A DNA stretch of 64,000 nucleotides from Steroidobacteraceae bacterium (GTDB lineage: Bacteria > Pseudomonadota > Gammaproteobacteria > Steroidobacterales > Steroidobacteraceae), in NCBI GenBank assembly GCA_035552895.1, contig DATNEU010000066.1, forward strand, positions 491 through 64,490, given 5' to 3'. Of the stretch, positions 18,431 through 26,377 are shown in pieces. Within the stretch, counting starts at the first letter, position 1. Each line of letters opens with the position of its first letter. The notes under the pieces are model-generated. The model was given only the letters and a program-made list of their open reading frames with translations, searched no databases and was not told the DNA's origin. The position numbers were made by a program, and so were the translations under genes.

Positions 18431-19723
18431 ATGAACATCCTGGCGAAAAGCGGCGTCGTCATCGTGCTCGCGGGTGCGGGCGTGTGCCTCGCGCGCGCCG
18501 ATGTGGTCACCACCACCGGCGGCATCAAGGTGGTGTCGTCGAACGGCGATTTCTCGGCCGCCGTCGGTACCCTCGTGCAGTGGGACGCCTACCTCGATGA
18601 GAACGACAGCGGTAGCGGAATCGGCAGCGGCGCCGCCGGCGGCAGCGCCAACGACGCCTTCAGATTCCGCCGCGTATGGATCACCCTCGCCGGAAAGGTG
18701 TACGGCTTCCATTACCACGTCGACTACGACACGGTGTCCGGCGCCCTGCAGAGGGCCTGGCTGGAGCACGAGCTGTTGCCGCATGGCTCCCTCTTCGTCG
18801 GCCAGGACAAGCCGTGGGCCAGCATGGACGAGATCGCGCGCAATCCCGACACACCGTTCCTCGAGCGCAACATCACATCCTCGAGCGGCGTCAACGCGGC
18901 GGCGACCTATAGCAATGGGGCGTTCTACGAGTGGAACGACCGGGCATTCACCGACAGCGACAATCTCTGGCTCGGTGCCTCGGCGTCATCCCTGCACAAG
19001 CAGGGCGACGGCACGGATACGATCACGCAGGGCTCGGCGTACAACGCGCGCATCGCCTACGCGCCGATCGTGGAGAAGGACCGCTGGCTGCACCTCGGGG
19101 CCTCGATCATCGACTCCACGGCTGCCACCGGCAGCTCGACGGAGGGCTCGAACGTGCTCGCCGCCAGCTACGCCTACGGCGATTATTACGACGGCGATGA
19201 GAAGCTGACGCTCGCCAGCTACCCTGCATCCAGTACCGGCGCCAGGCCGCACTCGCGGGCGCTCGGCGGTGAGCTCGCCGGGGCCTACGGACCGGCGTAC
19301 CTGCAGGCGGAATACGACAAGGTCTCGTTCCGCCAGACCGGCGCGCCGAACGACACGGTGACGGCCTATTCGGTGGCCGTGGCGGTGGCGCTGACCGGTG
19401 AGACTCGCCAGTACAACTCCCACGATGCAACCTATTTCGGGATTGTCCCGGCGCACGGCTATGGGGCATGGGAGGTCGCGGCGCGCTACGATGACGCGCG
19501 TAACGGCGGTGCCGACGGCGTTTACACCGGGCTTGCGCTGCCAGGCGCGAGAGACGCGCTGGCGACGGCCGACCGGGTCTCGCTGATTACCGTGGGACTC
19601 AACTACTACGCCAACGATCACGTGCGTTTCGTGCTGGACTTCGAGCACGGCAAGGCCGATCTCGGCAAGGAAGGAACGGATAGCCCGAACACGCTCGGCG
19701 CCCGGGTCCAGCTCTGGTTCTGA
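18431..19723 (+). CDS. anion-selective outer-membrane porin, OprO/OprP family
   Basis: Signal peptide. FRFRRVWITLAGKVYGFHYHVDYD, LERN, PAYLQAEYDK, VALTGETRQY, GAWEVAARYD and LNYYANDHVRFVLDF parallel my recollection of OprP blocks. The C-terminus is RVQLWF. Confidence 0.8.
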   Translation: MNILAKSGVVIVLAGAGVCLARADVVTTTGGIKVVSSNGDFSAAVGTLVQWDAYLDENDSGSGIGSGAAGGSANDAFRFRRVWITLAGKVYGFHYHVDYDTVSGALQRAWLEHELLPHGSLFVGQDKPWASMDEIARNPDTPFLERNITSSSGVNAAATYSNGAFYEWNDRAFTDSDNLWLGASASSLHKQGDGTDTITQGSAYNARIAYAPIVEKDRWLHLGASIIDSTAATGSSTEGSNVLAASYAYGDYYDGDEKLTLASYPASSTGARPHSRALGGELAGAYGPAYLQAEYDKVSFRQTGAPNDTVTAYSVAVAVALTGETRQYNSHDATYFGIVPAHGYGAWEVAARYDDARNGGADGVYTGLALPGARDALATADRVSLITVGLNYYANDHVRFVLDFEHGKADLGKEGTDSPNTLGARVQLWF

Positions 19724-19731
19724 GCGCGCCC

Positions 19732-20406
19732 TCAGTCCGGGATCAGCTTGTATCCGGCCCCCGAGGCGGTCTGCAGCCGCTGCGGCGTCGCCGGGTCCAG
19801 CTCGATCTTCTGCCGCAGCCGATGGACGAGCTGCTTCAGCAGCTGCCGGTCGCCCGAGCCGCGGTGACCCCAGACATGAACGAGCAGGCGGTCGGAGCTC
19901 ACCGTGCGGCCGGCATTCGCGAGCAGCATCTGCAGCAGCCGCAACTCGAGCTTGGTGAGGCGAATGGGCTCGGCATCAGCGATGCGCACGGTATGCTCGT
20001 CGGGGTCGAGAGTCAGCTTCCCCACCGAGAGGAGCGACGCGCGCTCCGCGCCGACCCGGCGCAGCAACGCCTTGCCACGTGCGAGCAGCGTACGCGGGCT
20101 GAAGGGCTTGGTGAGATAGTCGTCGGCGCCGAGCTCGAGCGCCCTCACGAGGTCTTGCTCCTCGCCGCGCACGGTCAACATCATGATGGGCACGCGCGAG
20201 TTGCGGCGGATGGACTCGCAGACCTGAAAGCCGCTCGCCCCGGGCATGTTGATGTCGAGGATGACCAGATCCGGCGCCTCCTCCGCGACGGCGCGGAGGG
20301 CAGTGGTGCCGTCCTGGGCCTTGATGACGAGATATCCGGCCTGCGTCAGCGTGAAGCCGACCAGGTCGCGCAGATCGCGGTCGTCGTCCGCCACCAGAAT
20401 CTTCAA
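19732..20406 (-). CDS. OmpR-family response regulator
   Basis: REC domain (KILVADDD...LVILDINMPG...LTKPF) plus a winged-helix C-terminus (LTKLELRLLQML...GAGYKL). The TTG start overlaps the kinase stop (TTGA). Confidence 0.9.
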   Translation of the reverse strand: MKILVADDDRDLRDLVGFTLTQAGYLVIKAQDGTTALRAVAEEAPDLVILDINMPGASGFQVCESIRRNSRVPIMMLTVRGEEQDLVRALELGADDYLTKPFSPRTLLARGKALLRRVGAERASLLSVGKLTLDPDEHTVRIADAEPIRLTKLELRLLQMLLANAGRTVSSDRLLVHVWGHRGSGDRQLLKQLVHRLRQKIELDPATPQRLQTASGAGYKLIPD

Positions 20407-22505
20407 GCGGCCACCTCCACGGGTAGGGTCATCGTGAACCGGGTGCGTGCGTGCGCGGTCCGAGCCACGCCGATCGTGCCGCCGTGCCGCTCGACGATGG
20501 AGCGCACGATCCAGAGTCCGAGTCCCAATCCGCCGGGCTCCGGCTCATGCTCGGCGCCGCGGCTGAATGGCGCGAACAGCCCTTCCCCGGCGGGCGCAGC
20601 GGGTCCTGGACCCTCATCCTCCACCCACACCGCCAGATGCTCTTCCTCGGCATCACAGCCGATGCGCACCGTGCTGCCTTCCGGCGCGAACTTGTTGGCG
20701 TTGGCGAGCAGATTCACCAGCACCTGCGTCAGCCGGTGCTTGTCGCCCTCTATGAGCGGCAGCTCCGCGGGAAGCGAGACCTCGAGCCGCTGGCGCCGCT
20801 GCGCGAGGAGCGATCCGATGAGGGTCTGCGCATCGTCGACGATCTCCGCGAGATCGACGCTCTGGCGGCGGATCGCGAGCTGGCCGGACTCGATGCGCAC
20901 GCTCTCGAGCAGGTTGTCAATGAGCCGCGTGAGGCGCAGCGTCCCGCGCTGCAGCGACTCGGTGAGCTCCCGGCGCTGCGCGGGCGGCATGGCCTCGAGA
21001 TTGTCGAGCAGCAGCTCGATAGAGGCGAGCTGCGCAGCCAGCGGCGTGCGGAACTCGTGCGAGATGTTGGCGAGCACGGAGTCGCGAGCACGGCGGACCG
21101 CCTCGAGCTCCGTCTCATCACGGATCACCTGCACCTGGAGTCCGTCGCTGGGGCCGGAGCTCGTGACGACGGCGGTGCGCGTTTCCTGGCCGCGCTGCAG
21201 CCGTTCCACGCACTGCGCAGTGCCATCGGAGCGCGCCTTGAGGATGGGGCAGCGGCCGTCGCAAGGGCGCCGGCCCTCCTCCATCAGCGGCTTGAGCACG
21301 TCGCCGCAGAACCGCCCGACGGCATCCTGCGGCTGGATGCGCAGCAGCCTGGCGGCCTTGGCGTTGAGATAGCGGATGTTGCGCTGCTCATCCACCGCGT
21401 AGACCCCCTCGACAATGCCGGTGAGCACCGCCTGCGCCTCGGCCTCCCGGCGCCGCAACGTTCCGGTCAGCTCGAGAAGATTACGGCGCATGTCCTCCAT
21501 GGTGCGCGCGAGCGCACCCACCTCCGCGGCGCCCCCCGGCGGAATCGACACCGAGAAATCGCCCTGTCCGATGCGCACCGCCGAATCCGTGAGGGCCCTC
21601 ACGGGCCCAACGACGCGTCGACTCAGGATGGTGCCTGCGAGCACCGCGAGCGCGGCGAGAATGAGGGTCGTCACCACGAGCTGGCGGATGAGCCGGCTGG
21701 TCGAGCTCTCCACGAGGTTGATCGGTACGCCGGCATCGATGAAGCCGATGGCCTCGCCGCTCGATGCGAAGAGCGGCACGCTCGCCTCGTAGAGCCCGAG
21801 CGAATCAATCCGCCGTACCGCGGAACGGCCGTCGGCGAGGGCCGCGGAATGAAGCGCGGTGTAGGCATCCACCGCATCAGTGGTGTAGGAGCGGTAGTCG
21901 AGGAAGCGAACCTGCGTCCCCACCCGCTCCGCCAGCGCGGCAGCCAGCCTGCCATCGAGCGGGTGCAGCACATAAACGCGGGTGTTCGCGGTGCCCGGCA
22001 GCGAAGCGAAGGCTCCGAATGCCGCTTCGCGCAGCGTGGTGGGCAGTGCAAGGAACGTGGGTCCCTGCTCGGCGGCCTCTGCCTTGATGCCCTGCCAGTC
22101 GAGAGCGGGCCCCGTTGCCGCGACCAGTGCCGTGTTGGAGAAGACTGCGCAGGCGTCGAGCCGGGCGGTATTGCAGAACTGCTGCAGGAAGGGAGCAATG
22201 GCGTCGTTCTGGTGCTCGTCGAGCAGCCGCTGCAGCGTCGGACGCTGCGCCAGGACGCGCGCCGAGTTTAAAGCGTCATCCATCATGCGGCGTACGTCCT
22301 CATGGGCGGTGGCGTCGGCCAGCAGCACCCGAGCCTTGCCCTGCTCGTCGGCGAGCACGCGCAGCATGCCTATTGCGGTCGCCGACAGTCCGATACCGAC
22401 GAGCAGCACCAGCAACACGATGACGGCCACCATCCACCAGCCGAGGCTGGTGTTGGCCGGGTCCGGCCAGAGCCTCGTCAGTCGCTGTCGCAGGAGATCG
22501 CGCAT
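20403..22505 (-). CDS. sensor histidine kinase (TM, ~240-aa periplasmic domain, TM, HAMP, Cys-rich PAS, HisKA, HATPase)
   Basis: H-box SHEFRTPL and N/G boxes (NLLANANKF, GGLGLGLWIV). Two TM segments flank a large extracytoplasmic region. Start at ATG 22505, 4 nt after the cysW stop. Confidence 0.85.
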   Translation of the reverse strand: MRDLLRQRLTRLWPDPANTSLGWWMVAVIVLLVLLVGIGLSATAIGMLRVLADEQGKARVLLADATAHEDVRRMMDDALNSARVLAQRPTLQRLLDEHQNDAIAPFLQQFCNTARLDACAVFSNTALVAATGPALDWQGIKAEAAEQGPTFLALPTTLREAAFGAFASLPGTANTRVYVLHPLDGRLAAALAERVGTQVRFLDYRSYTTDAVDAYTALHSAALADGRSAVRRIDSLGLYEASVPLFASSGEAIGFIDAGVPINLVESSTSRLIRQLVVTTLILAALAVLAGTILSRRVVGPVRALTDSAVRIGQGDFSVSIPPGGAAEVGALARTMEDMRRNLLELTGTLRRREAEAQAVLTGIVEGVYAVDEQRNIRYLNAKAARLLRIQPQDAVGRFCGDVLKPLMEEGRRPCDGRCPILKARSDGTAQCVERLQRGQETRTAVVTSSGPSDGLQVQVIRDETELEAVRRARDSVLANISHEFRTPLAAQLASIELLLDNLEAMPPAQRRELTESLQRGTLRLTRLIDNLLESVRIESGQLAIRRQSVDLAEIVDDAQTLIGSLLAQRRQRLEVSLPAELPLIEGDKHRLTQVLVNLLANANKFAPEGSTVRIGCDAEEEHLAVWVEDEGPGPAAPAGEGLFAPFSRGAEHEPEPGGLGLGLWIVRSIVERHGGTIGVARTAHARTRFTMTLPVEVAA

Positions 22506-22509
22506 CGGA

Positions 22510-23382
22510 TCACCGCCGGCGATATCCGGTCCGCTCGACCAGGGTCTTGAGGGCCAGGGTCGCGAGCGCGAGCAGGGTGAGGAGCGAGGACACCGCGAAC
22601 GCGCCGGTGGCGTCGTAATCATTGTAGAGCTGCTCGATCGCGAGGGGCATGGTATTGGTCAATCCCCGAATGTGGCCCGAGACCACCGAGACGGCGCCGA
22701 ATTCTCCCATGGCGCGCGCATTGCAGAGAATGACCCCATAGAGCAGCCCCCAACGGATCTTCGGCAGGGTCACGCGGAAGAAGGTCATCCACGCTCCGGC
22801 GCCCAGGGTGATGGCCGCCTCCTCCTCGTCGTTGCCGAGCTGCTGCATGAGCGGGATCAGCTCGCGCGCCGCGTAGGGGAAGGTCACGAAGAGCGTGGCG
22901 ATCATGATACCCGGTGTGGCGAAGACTATGCCGATGCCGTTCGCGGCCAGCCAGGCGCCGAACCAGCCCCGCATCCCGAAGAGCAGTACGAACAGCATGC
23001 CGGAAATGACCGGCGAGACGGCGATCGGCAGGTCGATCATCGTGATGAGCAGTGTCTTGCCGCGGAACTCGAATTTGGCAATGGCCCAGGCAGCCGCGAG
23101 CCCGAAGACCGTATTGACCGGGACTACCACCGCGGCCGTGAGCAGCGTCAGACGGATGGCCGCCTGGATGTCCGTGTCGGTGAATGTCTGCAGGTATGCC
23201 TGCAGGCCCTTCTCAAAGGCGGCGGCGAACACGACCGCGAGCGGAGCGAGCAACAGCGCCGCGAGGAAGGCCACCGAGAGGCCGATCGCGCACCGGCGCG
23301 CCAGGGCGCTCCACACCGTCTCGCGTCCCGGACGAGTCGCGAGCTCCGCGAGCGATCCCACCGGGGCGCCGGCCGCCGTCAT
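22510..23382 (-). CDS. cysW: sulfate ABC transporter permease CysW
   Basis: Six-TM permease with ARAMGEFGAVSVVSGH, typical of CysW. The ATG overlaps the cysT stop (ATGA). Confidence 0.85.
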   Translation of the reverse strand: MTAAGAPVGSLAELATRPGRETVWSALARRCAIGLSVAFLAALLLAPLAVVFAAAFEKGLQAYLQTFTDTDIQAAIRLTLLTAAVVVPVNTVFGLAAAWAIAKFEFRGKTLLITMIDLPIAVSPVISGMLFVLLFGMRGWFGAWLAANGIGIVFATPGIMIATLFVTFPYAARELIPLMQQLGNDEEEAAITLGAGAWMTFFRVTLPKIRWGLLYGVILCNARAMGEFGAVSVVSGHIRGLTNTMPLAIEQLYNDYDATGAFAVSSLLTLLALATLALKTLVERTGYRRR

Positions 23383-24218
23383 TGCTCTCTCCGTACCCTG
23401 CGGCCGCGGCCCCAGGCCTGCAGGAGGTTGATGGCGAGGAGGATCACGAAGGACGCCGCCAGCATGACGGAGCCGAGCGCCGCGGCTCCCCGGTAATCAA
23501 ACTCCTCCAGATGAATGACGATGAGGAGGGGAGTGATCTCGGTCTTCAAGGGCAGGTTGCCCGAGATGAAGATGACCGAGCCGTATTCGCCGAGTGCGCG
23601 TGCGAAGGCGAGGGTGAACCCGGTGAGCAGCGCGGGCAGCACCGCGGGCACGACGACGCGGCGGAATACGCACCACCGGCCGGCTCCCAACGTTTCGGCG
23701 GCATCCTCCAGATCCCGGCGCACTTCGAGCAGCGCAGGTTGCATGGTGCGCACCGCAAAGGGCATCCCGATGAGCGTCATCGCCAGAATGATGCCGATCC
23801 GTGTGTAGGCCACGTGAATGCCCGTGAATTCGGCGAGGTAGCGCCCGAGCCAGCCGTTGGTCGAGAACACCGCGGTGAGGGCGATTCCGGAGACTGCCGT
23901 CGGCAGCGCAAACGGCATGTCGATCACCGCATCCATGAGTCTCCGTCCCGGGAACTCGTAGCGCACCAGCGTCCAGGCGATTAGAAATCCGAAGACGAGA
24001 TTGATGCACGCCGCGAGCAACGCGCCGCCGAACGAAAGTCGATAGGACGCCAGTGCCCGCGGGCTCGCAACGGCATCGAGGAACTGGTGCAGCGGCGTAG
24101 AGGCGGCGAGCAGCACCAGCGCGGCGAGCGGCAGCAGCACCACGACACTCAGGAAGAAGGTCGTGAATCCCAGTGTCAGCCCGAATCCGGGCAGGACGGT
24201 GGGTTGCCCGTCGCTCAT
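23379..24218 (-). CDS. cysT: sulfate ABC transporter permease CysT(CysU)
   Basis: FARALGEYGSVIFISGNLP, typical of CysT. Start at ATG 24218 (MSDGQPTVLPGFG), 7 nt after the cysA stop. Confidence 0.85.
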   Translation of the reverse strand: MSDGQPTVLPGFGLTLGFTTFFLSVVVLLPLAALVLLAASTPLHQFLDAVASPRALASYRLSFGGALLAACINLVFGFLIAWTLVRYEFPGRRLMDAVIDMPFALPTAVSGIALTAVFSTNGWLGRYLAEFTGIHVAYTRIGIILAMTLIGMPFAVRTMQPALLEVRRDLEDAAETLGAGRWCVFRRVVVPAVLPALLTGFTLAFARALGEYGSVIFISGNLPLKTEITPLLIVIHLEEFDYRGAAALGSVMLAASFVILLAINLLQAWGRGRRVRREQ

Positions 24219-24225
24219 GGTCGGG

Positions 24226-26022
24226 TCAGGCCGCGGAGCGGCTGTGCGCTGGCGCCTCCCGCTCGCGATGGACCAACAGCAGCGGCCAGCGCGGCCTCGC
24301 GAGCAGCGCCGCGAGCTCGTTGGTGAGCTGGCTCGCGCTCGCGATGCCGACGATGAGCATGTGTCCCGGTGCCTCGTCCAGTCGTTGCTGCAGCGCCCGG
24401 GCCGCCACGCCGAAGCGCATTTCCGTTCTGATCTCGAGACCGTGGGCGGCGCGCGCCTCCGACCGGGCATCGAGCAGCGCGCGTATGCCGAACGATCGTG
24501 CGGCCGCGGGCGTGTGCTCGGGGAGCACATCGACGTAGATCGCTTCCGCGGCAAGATGCCGCAGAATGCTGGCGGATACCGCCAGCGTCGCACTGCGTGC
24601 GGATTCGTCGGTCCAATGGATGAGCACCCGCCGGGGTGAGGACGCGTGCTCCGGGAGGATCAGAATTTCCTCCCCTCCGTGCTCGAGCAGCCACGTGACA
24701 TCCGATGTCGCATCGCCGCGCACCGCGATGACGGTGGTTCCTGATAGTGGCGCAACGGCCTCGTGGCTGGCCGCAGGCGCTGCCAGCATAGGCTCCACGC
24801 GCCTGCGGATGCGCACCTTCATGCGCGAGGAGAGATCCACGAGCAGCGGGTGACCGGCGAGGCTCTCGGCGTCGGAGCTGTTCGGTGCGCAAACCGTGAA
24901 GCTCGAGAGAGGTGTTGCCAGCACATGCGCCCGGCGGACACCGATGGTGACGCTCTGGCCCGGACTGATTGCGAACGCGCGCTGCTCGAACTGTGCCCGC
25001 GTGGCTTCGAGAAGGACGGCTCCGGCTCCGTCCCCATTGGCATGTGCGAGGATCGGGGCGTCATGCGCCTCATCGAGGCGGATGCGGGCCCGCTCCAGCG
25101 CGCCGGTGAAGAGCACCTCTTCGACCACGCCGCGCGCCAGGTAATTCGTGCACGACAGCGTCTCCCGCGAGCGGGCGAGCTCGATCTCCTCCGGCCGTAC
25201 CACCGCGACCACTTCCCGCTCGCGGGCTCCGGTGCCCAGACTCGAGCCATGCGCCGGCGCCGCGCCCGCTCCCCAGCGCGGCCCGTCCGCTCCCTGTCGC
25301 GCGAGGATCAAATTGGCCGCCCCGAGGAATGTCGCCACGAACCGCGTCGCCGGCCGGGTATAAAGGTCCTGCGGCTTGCCGGTCTCCAGCAGCCGCCCGA
25401 AGTTCATCACTCCGATCCGATCGGCCATGGCGAATGCCTCCTCCTGATCGTGCGTCACCAGGATCGTCGTGATTCCGAGCTCGCGCTGCACCTCGCGGAT
25501 TGTGCGCCGCAAGCCCTCGCGGATCTTGGCATCGAGCGCTCCGAACGGCTCATCGAGCAGCAGGACTTCCGGCTTGTGCGCGAGCGCCCGCGCCACCGCC
25601 ACCCGCTGCTGCTGTCCGCCGGAGAGCTGCGCCGGGAGCCGCTCGTCGAGGCCTTCGAGCGCGACCAAGCGCAGCAGCTCCTGTCGCCTGCGGCGGCGCT
25701 CCGCCGCCCCCACCCTGCGCACCCGCAGCGCGAATTCGATGTTCTCAGCCACGGTCATGTGCCCGAAGAGCGCATAGTTCTGGAACACCAGTCCCACGCC
25801 GCGCTGCCGCGCCGACACGTGGGTCACATCGCGCCCGTGCAGTGCGATGCACCCATGATCCAGTCCCGAAAGCCCTGCTATCGCCCGCAGCAACGTGCTC
25901 TTGCCGCTGCCGCTGGGGCCGAGGAGCACGAAGAACTCGCCGTCGCCGATCTCGAGGGAGACATCATTGACGACGGGCGCGCCCTGATAGCGCTTGGTCA
26001 GTTGATCGAGAGTAATGGACAC
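24226..26022 (-). CDS. cysA: sulfate ABC transporter ATPase CysA fused to a ~228-aa C-terminal USP-like extension
   Basis: Walker A GPSGSGKST, signature LSGGQQQR and Walker B LLLDEPF, then a TOBE-like regulatory part up to ~aa 370. An extra 228 aa follow (aa 371-598). GTG start at 26022 without an obvious SD. Confidence 0.85.
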   Translation of the reverse strand: MSITLDQLTKRYQGAPVVNDVSLEIGDGEFFVLLGPSGSGKSTLLRAIAGLSGLDHGCIALHGRDVTHVSARQRGVGLVFQNYALFGHMTVAENIEFALRVRRVGAAERRRRRQELLRLVALEGLDERLPAQLSGGQQQRVAVARALAHKPEVLLLDEPFGALDAKIREGLRRTIREVQRELGITTILVTHDQEEAFAMADRIGVMNFGRLLETGKPQDLYTRPATRFVATFLGAANLILARQGADGPRWGAGAAPAHGSSLGTGAREREVVAVVRPEEIELARSRETLSCTNYLARGVVEEVLFTGALERARIRLDEAHDAPILAHANGDGAGAVLLEATRAQFEQRAFAISPGQSVTIGVRRAHVLATPLSSFTVCAPNSSDAESLAGHPLLVDLSSRMKVRIRRRVEPMLAAPAASHEAVAPLSGTTVIAVRGDATSDVTWLLEHGGEEILILPEHASSPRRVLIHWTDESARSATLAVSASILRHLAAEAIYVDVLPEHTPAAARSFGIRALLDARSEARAAHGLEIRTEMRFGVAARALQQRLDEAPGHMLIVGIASASQLTNELAALLARPRWPLLLVHREREAPAHSRSAA

Positions 26023-26065
26023 GCCGAGGATCGTACCGGCGTTCCCATTTGCGGTCAGTCGCGCC

Positions 26066-26101
26066 CCGGTTATCTCCTGGTGACAAACCGGTTACAACCG
26101 G
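26066..26101 (-). promoter_or_regulatory. direct repeats upstream of cysA, candidate regulator binding site
   Basis: CCGGTTA at 26066-26072 and 26088-26094 (22-bp phasing), plus AACCGG at 26096-26101 and the palindrome AACCGGTT at 26086-26093. Located 44-79 nt upstream of the cysA GTG. Confidence 0.2.
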
Positions 26102-26104
26102 CAG

Positions 26105-26377
26105 TTAAATGAGCGTGAGGACGCCCTCGCAGGACTTCAGTTCCTTGGCGAGCGCTTCGATCTGCTCGCGCGACTCGGCACGGACCCGGTAGGAGATCGA
26201 GAGGAAGTTGCGGTTCTCGCTCAAACGCTCGCTCACGCGCTCCGGCCCGGTGAGCGGCGCGTGCTTGAGGACGATGGCGTGCACGCGCGCCCGGAACTGA
26301 TCCGATGGCCGGCCGATGACCTTGATCGGGTAGTCGGTGGGAAACTCGAGCAGCGGCGGCGGCTCGCCTAACGCCAT
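26105..26377 (-). CDS. ybeD: YbeD-family (DUF493) protein
   Basis: 90 aa. LEFPTDYPIKVIG is the YbeD hallmark. Positioned after dacA/dat as in other Gammaproteobacteria. Confidence 0.8.
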   Translation of the reverse strand: MALGEPPPLLEFPTDYPIKVIGRPSDQFRARVHAIVLKHAPLTGPERVSERLSENRNFLSISYRVRAESREQIEALAKELKSCEGVLTLI

